DNA of 64,000 bases, from NCBI RefSeq assembly GCF_006345805.1, contig NC_043019.1, forward strand, positions 20,769,360 through 20,833,359, given 5' to 3'. The position numbers were made by a program, and so were the translations under genes. How positions within the stretch are numbered: position 1 is the first letter of the stretch; each line of letters begins with the position of its first letter. Source of the stretch: Octopus sinensis. Taxonomy: Eukaryota. A model generated the notes under the pieces. That model searched no databases and was not told where the DNA came from. It was given only the letters and a program-made list of their open reading frames with translations. Positions 37,726-52,074 of the stretch are shown here, in pieces.

Positions 37726-38117
37726 TCTTTTGCTCTTTTGCTTGTTTCAGTCATTTGACTGCGGCCATGCTGGAGCACCGCCTTTAATCGAGCAAATCGA
37801 CTCCGGGACTTATTCCTTTATAAGCCCAGTACGTATTCTATTGGTCTCTTTTGCCGAACCGCTAAGTAATGGAGACATAAACACACCAGCATTGGTTGTC
37901 AAGCAATGCTAGGAGGACAAACACAGACACACAAACGCATATATATATATATATATGATGGGCTTCTTTCAGTTTCTATCTACCAAATCCACTCTCAAGG
38001 CATTGGTCGGCCCGAGGCTATAGTAGAAGACACTTGCCCAAGGTGTCACGCAGTGGGACTGAACCCGGAACCATGTGGTTGGTAAACAAGCTACTTACCA
38101 CACAGCCACTCCTGCGC

Positions 38118-38119
<2 letters not shown>
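37726..38119 (-). mobile_element. SINE family C
   Basis: Matches 11901-12305. Confidence 0.88.
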
Positions 38120-38149
<30 letters not shown>

Positions 38150-38155
<6 letters not shown>

Positions 38156-38464
38156 GAAATGAGGTACTCAGAAATTCGGATGGTTTTATATTTACAGATA
38201 TTTATTTGTATATTACATGCTTTTATACATCATATAACTTATAGTATATATTAGTATATATAGTATATATTATAGTATATATATTAGCGCTTTCGACCAT
38301 TCTGGTGGAGTTTTCAAATTGAACTAAAACTCCACCAGAATGGATGAAAGCGCTAATATATGATATATGATCTAAGTTATATGATGTATAAAAACATGTA
38401 ATATATAAATAAATATCTGTAAATATAAAACCATCCAAATTTCTGAGTACCTCATTTCTTCTAA
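38150..38464. repeat. Nested foldback in (TA)n
   Basis: Outer arms 38150-38241 and 38373-38464; inner hairpin 38281-38359. Confidence 0.82.
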
Positions 38465-39220
38465 ATAAAATACCTGTACATCATCACCAAACCTTCTAAT
38501 ATATATATATATATATATAATATATATATATATACATATATTATATTTTGGTTGGTCATTGTTTTTTTCCTTTAACAAACACACACACTATATATTCGTT
38601 CTTCACTCGTTTATTACTGTTCTTATTCTAACTCATGTCTATTGTCCGAAAATCTTTTGTCACACATTTGTGACCGCTTCAGTGACACTTTCCATCTTCA
38701 TGTGTGTGCTCTTGCTCTGCTTATTCCATTCTGTTATATTGTATAATATATATGTGTATATGTACATACGTTATGTATATCACTTCCTTTCTCACTTGTT
38801 TTAGTAATTAGACTGTGGCCATGCTGGGGCATCACCTTCAATAACTTTCAGTTGAATGTATTTTTTAAGGCCTGTAACTTATTTTTTTGCCAAACTGCTA
38901 AGCAATAGGGACATTAAGCAGTGGTGGTAGGTGGATAAACACAGACTCAAAGACACACACACGTATAAACATATATATATCTATATATATGATGGGCTTT
39001 CAGTTTCTGTGTATCAAATCCACTCACAAAGCTTTGGTTGGCTTGAGACTATGCTAGAAGACATTTGTCCAAGGTGCCATGCATGTGGTTGGGAAGCAAG
39101 CTTCTTACCATGCAGCCATGCCCGAACCATAATGTATATCTACATATATATTTGTGTGGGTTGTATGTATGTAACACACACACACATACATACATATGTA
39201 TATAATATTACACACTCACC

Positions 39221-39270
<50 letters not shown>

Positions 39271-39495
39271 TATATACACACACACAACATACATATATAT
39301 ATATATAATATATTAAAAATTATAGATAAACCACTATTAGGCTAAATCAAACAGTGAAATCATAAGCCAATACTAGAAATAAAATTAAAACAAAAAAAAT
39401 ATAAAATATAAAATAATATATATATATACATGTATATGTGGTGTATGTACGTGTGTAGTATATATATATATATATATAGTATATATTAATATATT

Positions 39496-39539
<44 letters not shown>

Positions 39540-39846
39540 GTATATTAACAAATTAAAACAGTGGTTATTAGCAAATAGAATTAGAGGCAAAATTAATAGC
39601 AGTCAAAAAGTAAGGAGGGTGCTTACTAGCACTGCTTATGCTAGAATAAGAGTTAAATCAACTCCAAAGCCACTAAAGCCCTATACTTAATGACTGACAA
39701 AGGGAGGTGAGTCCCTAGCATCTATAGGCATATTGCAATTTTGAATTTTGGTGTAGACCACCTTAATTCTCATCAGTGGCTCTTAATGCCTAGAGTTAAA
39801 CTCAACTTCCTTTGTCAATCTCTCTCTCTCTCTCTCTCTATATATA

Positions 39847-39914
<68 letters not shown>

Positions 39915-40135
39915 GTTTATATATATATATGCGCGGGCATGGCTGTGTGGTTAGGGAGCTTGCTTCCTAGCTATATGGTTTCGGGTTCAGTCCCACTGCG
40001 TGGCACTGGGGAGGTGTCTTCCACTATAACCCGAGCCGATCGGAGCTTTGTGATTGAATTCGGTAGGTGGAAGTTACTGGCCGTGTGTGTAGTGTGTGTA
40101 TAGCTGCTCAGTGCCTGTCCGAAAGAGAGAGAGGG

Positions 40136-40168
<33 letters not shown>

Positions 40169-40248
40169 ATATTATATATATATATATTATATATATATAT
40201 AACATATATATATATACATATATATATAACAGTATATATATGTATATA

Positions 40249-40292
<44 letters not shown>

Positions 40293-40665
40293 ATATAGGT
40301 ATGTTTATATATATATGTATATAAAGTATGGGGGTTTAGTTCACAGGTGATCTAAATGATTAAGTACTCTAGGTAAGTGCTGTTATTGAACGTTGATGTG
40401 TTTGTGTCTTTTTTTCTGGGATGTTTACAATATCAGGACTTTAACCCACATGGATTTACAGAGGATTGCACCTAAGGACTTGTGGACTTATAATCTACAA
40501 CATTGGAAAGTTGAACTGTGAACTTTTATGCTTCTTTTTTCTTCTCTCTCTTCATCTCCTTATTCCTTTACCTCTGTCCTTTCATGTCATTTCATTAATC
40601 TATACCCTTCTCATTTTTCCTATTTGTCTCTGATGATGGAATATCCCATACTCTGGGATATATAT

Positions 40666-41120
40666 CATCATCATCATCATCATCGTTTAACGTCCGCTTT
40701 CCATGCTAGCATGGGTTGGACGGTTCGACCGGTGATCTGGGAAGCCAGAAGGCTGCACCAGGCTCCAGTCTTATCTGACAGTGTTTCTACAGCTGGATGC
40801 CCTTCCTAACACCAACCACTCCATGAGTGTAGTGGGTGCTTTTTACGTGCCACCTGGCTTCCGTGCAGGTGGCACGTAAAATGCACCAATCCGACCGTGG
40901 CCAATGCCAGCCTCGACTGGCACCAGTGCAGGTGGCACGTAAAAAGCACCCACTACACTCATGGAGTGTTGGCGTTAGGGAGGGCATCCAGCTGTAGAAA
41001 CACTGCCAGATAAGACTGGAGCCTGGTGCAGCCTTCTGGCATCCCAGATCCCCGGTCGAACCGTCCAACCCATGCTAGCATGGAGAATGGACGTTAAACG
41101 ATGATGATGATGATGATGAT
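40666..41120. mobile_element. Head-to-head pair of family D elements
   Basis: (CAT)n at left end and (GAT)n at right end; arms reverse-complementary. Confidence 0.82.
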
Positions 41121-41836
41121 ATATATATATATATATATATATTATAAGGGTATCTTGATTAAATGAAGTTTACATTGTCGTAAGAAGGTACATGTTAACA
41201 TGAGGAAGATTCAATCCCATGGAAGATTCTGATCAAATCTTCCATCTGTTAACATGTGCTTCCTTGCAACACTGTAAACTTCCAATTAATCAAGATACCC
41301 TTGGTTTGACGAGTAGCCTGCAGTATACACCTCACTTGGATATTTACCAATTCCGAGGTTCTGCTTGCTATGAAACATATGTAACCCGGATCTTATCTAC
41401 TCCATTCCTTAACTCTTGTATATGCTTTATGAGTTCACCGTGATCACCGTGACCGATCAGGCTATCAGATGTTGCTACACATCGCTGGTCACAGGGCGCT
41501 TCACATTGTTTTAGCCATCAGATGACGCCACCCCGCTGGCTAAGTGAGCAGGCCATTATGAGTTCAATAAAGACATATATATACACACAATAAATGGGCC
41601 AGACACACACACACACACACACATACAAACACACACACACACACACACATATGCACACAATAAGCACAGTATCAGGAAATGTGTGAAGCAAATAAATCCT
41701 AATTTGGTTTAATCTAATTTAATTACTGTGTGACCTGACTGTTGAATTCCTTGTGGGAGTGCTTGCTGTGGGTCTGCTTGATTTACTGAATCTAATTTTC
41801 GATTTTATTTGTGTGTGTGTGTGTGTGTGTGCATGA

Positions 41837-41868
<32 letters not shown>

Positions 41869-42444
41869 TGGTTTCCAATTTTGGCACAAGGCTAGCAATT
41901 TCAGGGGAGGAGTTAAGTCAATTACATCAATCCCAGTACTCGACTGGTACTCATTTTATTAACCCCAAAAGGATGGAAGGCAAAGTCGACCTCGCAGAAT
42001 TTGAACTCAGAGTGTAAAGACGTATAAAATGCTGTTAGACATTTTGCCTGGCGTGCTAATGATTCTGTCAGCTTGCTACCTTGTATGTACATATATACTA
42101 ATGGGACCATTTTAACCTAAACATACACATGGACAAACAAACACACACACACACATACACATATATGTGCAAATGCAAAACCACACACATATACAGATGT
42201 GTGCAAACCCAAGCATGCCTACAATAGCTCCCATGGGCTGATGAGTGCACAACCTCAACTGTTCCCAGTATTTTAAGTCCTCGTTTTCAGCTGAGAACTC
42301 TGTGAAGTTTAAATAGAAGTGTTGCCTTACATATGAAAGCGTTAATTTAAATATAAATTCATGAAACAACCTTAGGCAATAATGTGGTGAAAATGTATAA
42401 AAAACAAAAGACAGAGACAGATGAGGGAACAGCAAGCAGGTGTA

Positions 42445-42860
42445 AAGGTGGCGAGCTGGCAGAATCGTTAGACCACCAGGCGAAATGCGTAGCTGTATTT
42501 CATCTGCCGTTACGTTCTGAGTTCAAATTCCGCCGAGGTCGACTTTGCCTTTCAACCTTTCAGGGTCGATAAATTAAGTACCAGTTACGCACTGGGGTCG
42601 ATATAATCAACTTAATCCACGTGTCTGTCCTTGTTTGTCTCCTCTGTGTTTAGCCCCTTCTAGGTAGTAAAGAAATAGGTATTTCGTCTGCCGTTACGTT
42701 CCGAGTTCAAATTCCGCCGAGGTCGGCTTTGCTTTTCATCCTTCCAGGGTTGATAAATTAAGTACCAGTTACGCACTGGGGTCGATATAATCAACTTAAT
42801 CCATGTGTCTGTCCTGGTTTGTCCCCTCTGTTTTTAGCCCCTTGTGGGTAGTAAAGAAAT
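42445..42860 (+). mobile_element. SINE B dimer inserted as one unit
   Basis: Full unit plus 5'-truncated unit joined at aagaaatag|gtatttcg (~42677); single TSD pair AGGTGTA at 42438-42444 and 42861-42867. Confidence 0.88.
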
Positions 42861-43369
42861 AGGTGTATTAGTTTGATGCTTGTGAACAATGGAAAAGTCT
42901 TTGGTGTTTTGAGCCTACACTCTTCAACAGATAAGAAGGAAGAGAGAAAACAGATGGAGAAAGAGAAGAATAAAAAATGGAAAGAGAAAAAAACGTGCTG
43001 GGATTAATAGTGCCACATGTTGAAATGTGACAATGATATATTGAAATATCATTACTGGGGGAGCAATGAAAGCATCGTTAAGAATAAAATGCTTATTTTT
43101 CTTTCTGTAAATAAATACTTATTTGAAATCTTATTTATAATTGAGGTACAATATAATTTACAAACAATACTATTTTTCTATTTTTGGGTTTAAAATCCTT
43201 AATAGGGATTATATCTTTTATGTTGCTTATAAAGTACAATGTTATTTATAAAATGATATTTTTGCAATTGTCTTTTTAGAAATCATTTGTTACCGTATTT
43301 CTGCAGAATTGTGCTGCCTTTGTTTCAATCAGTTTTGAAAATAAAGAATTTAGTAAAATAATTTTGTTT

Positions 43370-43517
43370 AGGCGCAGGAGTGGCTGTGTGATAAGTAGCT
43401 TGCTTACCAACCACATGGTTCCGGGTTCAGTCCCACTGCGTGGCACCTTGGGCAGGTGTCTTCTACTATGGCCTTGGGTAGTGGATTTGGTAGATGGAAA
43501 CTGAAAGAAACCCGTCG

Positions 43518-43556
<39 letters not shown>

Positions 43557-43781
43557 GTATATGTTTGTGTGTCTGTGTTTGTCCCCCCAACATCACTTGA
43601 CAATCGATGCTGGTGTGTTTATGTCCCCGTAACTTAGCCGTTTGGCAAAAGAGACCGATAGAATAAGTACTAGGCTTACAAAGAATAAGTCCTGGGGTCG
43701 ATTTACTTGACTAAAGGCGGTGCTCCAGCATGGCCACAGTCAAATGACTGAAACAAGTAAAAAGAGTGAAAGAGTAAAGAG
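43370..43781 (+). mobile_element. SINE family C
   Basis: Full head, internal (TA)n and tail. Confidence 0.88.
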
Positions 43782-44309
43782 ATCATAAATGTACATGAAA
43801 TTTTGTTGAAAAAGGTTTTAATTTAGATGACTTTAAAACAGAAAGTTTGTATCAGAGGACCAGTGGGGGGTGGTTCCCAAAGTCCATCCTCTCCTCACCA
43901 TGGTGGGGACGCTGGCAACGGGTAGTGTCAGAGCTATGCCGTCAGGAACTTCGGTTCGTGGTAGGGCCACCCAAGGTGGATTGGTCTGACACCGAGTGGT
44001 ATTAGGGCCACAACCCGGCAGATGGGGCTCTGGTGAAAATCCTCGGAGTGTCTGTTTCGGCAACCGGCAGCTCCTCGGTCATTTTGTCCCTGCATCTGCA
44101 GACAATCTGCGGCAAACAGGATGTCTCTACATGCGGGATTGTTGGGGACCACTTGTGAAATCCACATATTCCCACAAAACTTCTTCCACCGCCATGGTTC
44201 AAGATACCTTGAGGATGGTAGAAGAAGCCGACTCAACCTGCCCAGGTGAATGTCACCACAAGTACAAGTAAGTGGGGGTGGGGTCTCAGAACACAAGGAC
44301 TTAGAACCA

Positions 44310-44515
44310 TACAATATTTAACCCTTTTGTTACCACATTTTTGACTTTGTTTTGATTAATTTTGAAAATAGCGAAGTATTTTGTAAAACTAGTTTGTCCT
44401 TAGGTTTGGAACATAAATTGGCATGAGATTTTGATGGAAGAAGGTTTTTTATTTAGAGCACATTAAAACAAGAAGTTTGTGTCACAGAACCAGGGGCCAG
44501 TTTCAGGCAGGTTGA
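44310..44515. repeat. Dispersed AT-rich repeat, near-identical to 36203-36395
   Basis: Shared caatatttaacccttttgtt...agaaccaggggccagttt. Confidence 0.75.
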
Positions 44516-45642
44516 TAATTGAAATGGTTAAAATTTGTTTAAGTATATTTTGTTAGATTCTTTCATTTATATCAAATTCTCTGTTATTTTTCTGTTAATA
44601 ACAGAATAACAAATACATACAAATATCACAATTCTTCCATTTTTGTGGAAAAAGATCCCTTAGTATTGTTATTTATTCATTAATTTTTCCCATTTTGTGA
44701 ATTACTTGTCATAAAGAAAAAAATTCAGTTTCCCAAAAGCAATTCAGTTTTCCCTTTTAAATAATTTAAAACAAAGTTGTCTAAACTTCCATTATTCATT
44801 CTGCTTTTTTCCTCCATAAAATAATTTGTTAAAGAAAAATATAATAAAAATGGTTGTCTGCTGCTTGAAAATTCCCACAGAAAGCGAAGACATTTTTTTG
44901 TTTTTGAGAAGATTATTTCCAATGTAGGCAGTGTACTTGCAGAAAGGTTTACCTCTCCAGACCTACAGATTCTTTATATTTTTTACTGTCAACATTCAAA
45001 TGTCTAAACTTCCATTATTCATTCTGCTATACAACTAAAGTATTACTGCTGCCACTGTTGTTGTTGTCATAGTTGTTTAGCCACCATGTCAGCACTTATG
45101 AAGCAGACCACATCACCCTATTTCTACATGATTCTACTTTTTAAATTAATTAACTCTAGCATTCAAGCTGGCCATATCCAACCAAAATATTCTGTCTGTT
45201 TTATGCTCAAACTGGCCAGACCTGGTCTCTGCCATCTATCCTATAATTTCATTCTAAAAATAAACAATCATATCATCAAGATCTCGGATCTATCATATAA
45301 TGCATGATTAATTAAAAACAAGATGAATAAATAAGCATTATATTAGACAGAATAATTTGAATGTTAAAGCAAAGGAACCTCAACATGAAGCTTTTGGAAA
45401 CCATAAATGAAAAAAAAAAATTGTTTCAAACTTTGGCACAAGGCCAGCAATTTTAGCGGGAGTTGGTGTTAGTTGATTACAGTGACCCCAGTACTTGACC
45501 TGCACTTTATTTTATTGACCGTGGAGGGCTGAAAGGCAAGGTTAACCTTGGTGGAATTTGAATTCAGAACACAATGAGGAACAAGTGCTGCTAAGTATTT
45601 TGCTCAACTAGCAAACGATTCTGCCACTACATTGCCTGGGTG

Positions 45643-46000
45643 CAGGGAGAATATAAGAAATGGGGGCACGACCAAGTTGCGAAAGGTTTACACTGGAAAC
45701 TCTGTCAGAAATGAGGATTTGAAACTGGAGGTAAATGGTATGGTCATCAGGTTGAAAGAGTATAAGCACTGACATGACAAGGTAAGCCCAAAACTTTCAC
45801 TGGCTACTATGTTGGAAGTATGGATACGAGGTAATGGGTGCTTGGTGCCAACATACACCAGAAAAGGTAGTGGACGAAAATTGGAAAGCAAAGATCCTCT
45901 GGGACTTCGACTTCCAGATAGACAAGGTGTTAGAGCACCGAAGGCGAAATATATAGTAATCTTTAGGAGGGACAAACCAGAGTGCCTAATAATCAATACG
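45643..46000 (+). pseudogene. R4/Dong-type non-LTR retrotransposon C-terminal remnant (toward restriction-like endonuclease), two tandem divergent pieces
   Basis: QGEYKKWGHDQVAKGLHWKLCQK*GF..KWYGHQ then EYKH*HDKV..HWLLCWKYGY...HTPEKVV..AKILWDFDFQIDKVLEHRR..CLII. Confidence 0.75.
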
Positions 46001-47219
46001 TTCTTTAGAGCAAGCAAGAAACTCATGGAAAAGATTATTTAAATGGATTATGTAGCATAGAGTGGAATGTGCACAAGAAGGTGAAAAAGAGGAGAGAAAG
46101 ATGCAATAAGTGAGGGGGAGAAGGCAGTCGAGGGTGCATATTTTGGAGAGACTGGAATGAATGGTAACACACATAAGGTGGTAGGAAGTAGTATGGAGTA
46201 TGGAGTATGGGTAGGATGGCAGAAGCAGAGTGGAAAGTGGGGTGGAAATGGAGGTGGAAACCTTTGGGGATGAGGTGGTGGTGAGGCAGCGACTGAGAAA
46301 TGAAACGTAGCTAGGGAACTGTGTTTTTTCTTTAAATTCCATATATATATATATATATATATAATATTATATATATATATATATTATATATATATATATA
46401 TCTACTACATATGTGGGAAATTCTGTCAGTAGGTGTGTTTGTGGAGTTGTTAGCTAACTCCTCCTACATCGTTTTATCGATTTTGATAAAATATTTGACA
46501 CATGAATAGAACTCATGTCTGGAAACCTCATGGCATACTCAGATTGTTGAAAAAAAAAAAATCGATAACATGGCCCCTGGAAGGGATCCTTATATACATC
46601 CAAGGGAAATAACCCATTCATTTTCCTAAATTATTTGGTTAAAATGAAATTGAGTATGCTTATTTCTTGGTATTTGAACTGTTAGAATTATTTTCGCAAT
46701 TTATCCAGTACAACTCTTAAATAAATAAATAGTATTTTCCTAAACAATAGATCCACTTATTTTGGTTAATGACTTATTCACGAATATACCAACTCTAGTG
46801 CCCCTGAGTGTAATATTCTCTGGGAACGCACAAAAGCCCTTTTCAGGATAATTTACTTTGAATTGTTATTATCTCATATTTGATTAACCTGTTATTACGT
46901 AATGTGCTTCACGATTTTAGTATACATACCTTATTAGTATTTCCTCCTATGTTCTATATACTCTGGGAACACATTAAAGCCCTTTTGGGGGCTACTTTAT
47001 TTGAATATAACTAACTTTACAATTTGGGTATTCATAACTTATTGGGAATTCCTAAAAACAAGATCCTGTGTAAGACAGTTCAGTATTTTCTGTAAATGCA
47101 CAAAAACTATTTTAAGGGCTACATACTTTGTATTGTTGTTATTGGATTAGTGAAACAATTATGAGAATGGAACCAAGGGATAAACCCCGTTTCCCTGGGA
47201 ATTACTGTGTATGTCAGCT

Positions 47220-47555
<336 letters not shown>

Positions 47556-48628
47556 GTGTTCATGTGTGTATAAACTGTTAAAACTCATAATTTATGCACT
47601 TTTTTCCCCAAAACAAAAATCAACTTTAGGGGGTTTGTAAATTACATGAGTAGATCATTTCTAGAATTTCTTTAGAATTTTTTTTTTGCAAAATGACGTA
47701 CAAATGTAAACATTTGTACCAGAAGTTGACTCATTTAATGTCAGAGTAGGTTTTTTACAGAAAAAAATATAATGAAGTTGACTTTTATTTATGCTGGATG
47801 GTATAATGCTTACTTTTTCTCTATAAATTTGCTAAAGACCATTAAATGGTAAACTACTTTTTGAAGTTTGACATTCATGCTGGTAACCATGTTCTGGGCC
47901 ATATTTTGCTTGGAGTTTCTACCTATTGCAATGGAGCCCATTAATTTCTTTAAATAGATCAGTTTTTCTCCGCTTAAGAAGTGTAGCTTGCGTTTGCCTC
48001 CAGGAAGATATTGTTCACTTTCTTCACATTAGGACAATGAAATTCATCACTGCTGACATCACCGCTTCCAGTTCTTACAACATCTAACACCAACGACAAC
48101 ATCATAATTCATCCTTGCACATGTAAACTCACTAAGTGAATATGACTTAGCGTTCTTACAGAAACCTTCATTTGTCTTATACAGTGTTTAATGTCATTTC
48201 ACATTCATGTTGAATTATGCAGCAATATTATGTTCCCTTCAAATTGCAAAGCTGTTTATTTTCTCCTTTCAATTTTTAATGTTTATTTTAGTGGGTTACC
48301 AAACTATTAGTTTGATCTCCCAGCTAAAACAGTAATGGCAAATTTTTAAGTTTGCTCGACATTTTATAAGTGTGAAAGGGATTAAAATATCGATACTCCA
48401 TATCAAAGGTTCCGACAAGAATAGGTAGAAAAACGGAAGAAAAACAGGAGTAGCTGTGTGTTAAGTAGCTTACTTAACAACCACATGGTTCTGGGTTCAG
48501 TCCCACTGTGAGGCACCTTGGGCAAGTGTCTTCTACTATAGCCTCGAGCCAACCAAAGCCTTGTGAGTGGATTTGGTGCTTGGAAACTGAAAGAAGCCCG
48601 TTGTATATATGTATATGTATGTGTGTTT

Positions 48629-48833
48629 GAACTTATTTCTGAGGTAAAGTCTTGGCTCCAGATGCAGCCTACTGACTTCTACAGACGAGGACTTCACAGC
48701 TGCATAAAGTGATGTGAGAAGTGTGTTACCATAGGTGCAGGCTATGTAGAGAAGGACAAATAATTATACCAAGTTTCATTTATCCCAGTCCTTGGGAAGT
48801 GGGTCAGGGAAATCTTTATTGAACACCCCTCGT
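48629..48833 (+). mobile_element. mariner transposase C-terminal remnant with right TIR
   Basis: ELISEVKSWLQMQPTDFYRRGLHSCIK*CEKCVTIGAGYVEK*; ends tttattgaacacccctcgt. Confidence 0.8.
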
Positions 48834-48925
48834 GTGTATGTATACATACATACATACATACATAACATACATACATACATACATATATATACATATACAT
48901 ACATATATAAATATATACTATCTAT

Positions 48926-48977
<52 letters not shown>

Positions 48978-49942
48978 CAATAATGTGCATACATAAACAA
49001 ATATACCAAATATAACCTTCACCGCCACTGAATAATAGTTGTATGTCTAGATATACATACATTTATACATACATACATATATACATTTATATACACATAC
49101 ATACATATTTTCATACATACACACATACATAAATATATACATAGAAACATATACACACACATGCATGTGTGTGTGTGTGTGAGTATACTTGTGTGAAAGA
49201 TGAGTGTATGTTAGTATATGTATATGCATGTTGTGTACGTATGCTAACATGTAATTTAATATGATTTACAGAACAATATTTTCAATTATTTTCTTGAAAA
49301 CATAATAAATTTTATTGAATTACATTTTATGTTCAACAGGGGAAACTTAAATTTCTCAGCGTTTGACACAGGAATATTGAAGTTACAATATAATTTGTAA
49401 TGTTGGCCTAACCATTACGGAGTGCTGTGGCATTCTGAATGTATTAGTCACAAGTTAGTTTTGGTATTCTATGCAAACTAATATACGATATTGTGTACAA
49501 CATTACACAAGTGCAAGTAATGGCTGTGTAGTTAAGAAATGCTCTTTGCAAACATGTCACTTTGAGTTCAGTTCCAGTGATGGGCACTTTGAGCTTATGT
49601 CTCCTATTCTAGATTTGGGTCGATGAATGCCTTCTTCACTGTCATCATCATCACCACCACCATCATCATCATCATCATCACCATCACCACCAACATCATC
49701 ATCATCACCACCACCACCATCATCATCATCATTACCATTTAATGTTCATTTTCTATGCTGGCATGGGTTGGTTGTTGACTCTTCAGAGTTGATCCACCCT
49801 TTGCCAGGTCTTGTATTTAATCCTGCAAGATGACTAAATAGCAAGAAAAACGCCCTCCTCACAAAGCAAGCTCTGTGGGGTTGCCAGTTTATTTGCTGAT
49901 GACCCGGCACCTGTGATTTGATGGTTGGAATAAAAAAAGAGA

Positions 49943-49975
<33 letters not shown>

Positions 49976-50447
49976 GAGAGAGACAGAGAGAGAGAGACAC
50001 ACAGAGAGAGAAGGAGAGAGAAGGGGTCTGCAAGAGAAGGGAACAGAAAGGGAACACAACAGACTTTGGTAGTAGTTGAGTTATAGAAGCTGGAAGGCTT
50101 AAATATATTGAGGGGCAGCATGGGAGTTATAGCTGCTTATTACTAGGGCTGTTGTTATTTTATTTTTATTTTAGAGGTGGGATATGTACATCACAATATC
50201 AGAACAGCTGTAGTGATATTTCGCAAGAGAGAACAAGAAAAATGTTAGATGCTATTCATTATCTCTGATTATGTTAATGAGTAAGCTTAATGTTCATGAT
50301 GAATTTATCATCTTTGGTGGGTTGTACAGCACACACTTAGCACATCCAGAATATACGCCCTTGGTAATAAAATAACATATTTTATATAGATTATAGCAAC
50401 GAGGCATATGAGCAACTTTGTACTTAGGTAACATAACATTGTTTTAC

Positions 50448-50483
<36 letters not shown>

Positions 50484-50484
<1 letters not shown>

Positions 50485-50658
50485 GGCACAGGAGTGGCTG
50501 TGTGGTAAGTAGCTTGTTTACCAGCCACATGGTTCTGGGTTTAGTCCCACTGCGTGGCACCTTGGGCAAGTGTCTTCTACTATAGCATCGGGCCAACCAA
50601 AGCCTTGTGAGTGGATTTAGTAGACGGATACTGAAAGAAGCCTGTCGTATATATATAT

Positions 50659-50700
<42 letters not shown>

Positions 50701-50914
50701 TGTGTGTGTGTGTCTGTGTTTGTCCCCCTAGCATTACTTGACAACCGATGCTGGTGTGTTTATGTCCTCGTTACTTAGTGGTTCGGCAAAAGAGACCGAT
50801 AGAATAAGTACTGGGCTTACAAAAGAATAAGTCCTGGAGTCGAGTTGCTAGATTAAAGGCGGTGCTCCAGCATGGCTGCAGTCAAATGACTGAAACAAGT
50901 AAAAAGAGTAAGAG

Positions 50915-50915
<1 letters not shown>
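50484..50915 (+). mobile_element. SINE family C in (AAT)n
   Basis: Full head and tail; (AAT)n on both sides. Confidence 0.87.
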
Positions 50916-50952
<37 letters not shown>

Positions 50953-51166
50953 TCCTTTCTACTAAAGGCACAAGGCTTGAAATTTGTGCGAGAGGATAGT
51001 CGATTAAATCAACTCCAGTACTCAAATGGTACTTACATTATCGACCCTGAAAGGATGAAAGGCAAAGTCAGCCTCAACAAAATTTGAACTCGGAGCATAA
51101 AGATGGACGAAATGCCGCTAAGCGTTTCACCTGGCATGCTAACAATTCTGCCAGCTCATCACCTTG

Positions 51167-51218
<52 letters not shown>

Positions 51219-51390
51219 TAATAACAATGATAATCCTTTCTACTAAAGGCACAAGGCCTGAAATTTTGGGGGAGGGGACTAGGCGATTACATCAACAAAC
51301 CTGGTAGAATTTGAACTCAGAACACAAAGACAGATGAAATGCCGTTAAGCATTTTGCCCAGTGAGCTACCAATTCTGCCAGCTTGCCACC

Positions 51391-51430
<40 letters not shown>

Positions 51431-51698
51431 GTAGAATAATAAGAATAATTCGTTCTACTATAGACACAAGACCTCAAAATATTTTGGGGAAGGAGACTAG
51501 CTGAGTACATTGCCCCCAATAATAACAACATACACACACACACACATACACGTATATATCAGGTGTCGAAATTGTGATGGTATTTAGTTGACAATTAATA
51601 AGTGTGTAGAGTGTTTTGTGTTAGTTTGAGGGGTTTTGTTAGTTTTTCCCAACAATTTCTTTGCTGTCAAACCGTGTCACCTTTTACATTATATATCA

Positions 51699-51734
<36 letters not shown>

Positions 51735-52074
51735 CCATTTAAAAACACCTTCCGTGCTGCAATTGTTTTTGTTTCAGCACACAATCTCAGATCAGGTTAC
51801 ATGCTATGCAGGTACATCTCCATAATATACATACATATATATATATGCCGATGCCAGACCCCTCTGGCACCTGTGCAGGTGGCACGTAAAAAGCACCCAC
51901 TACACTCGCGGAGTGGTTGGCGTTAGGAAGGGCATCCAGCTGTAGAAACACTGCCAGATCAGACTGGAGCCTGGGGCAGCCCCTGGCTCCCCAGACCCCG
52001 GTCGAACCATCCAACCCGTGCTAGCGCGGAAAACGGACGTTAAACGATGATGATGATGATGATGATGATAGATA

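Noticed and set aside
43850-44300. GC-richer segment with several short ORFs
   Set aside because: May be a LINE UTR or decayed RTE piece, but no motif is convincing enough to classify.
47870-48200. Possible decayed transposase or exon on the minus strand
   Set aside because: Frames are broken and there is no diagnostic motif.
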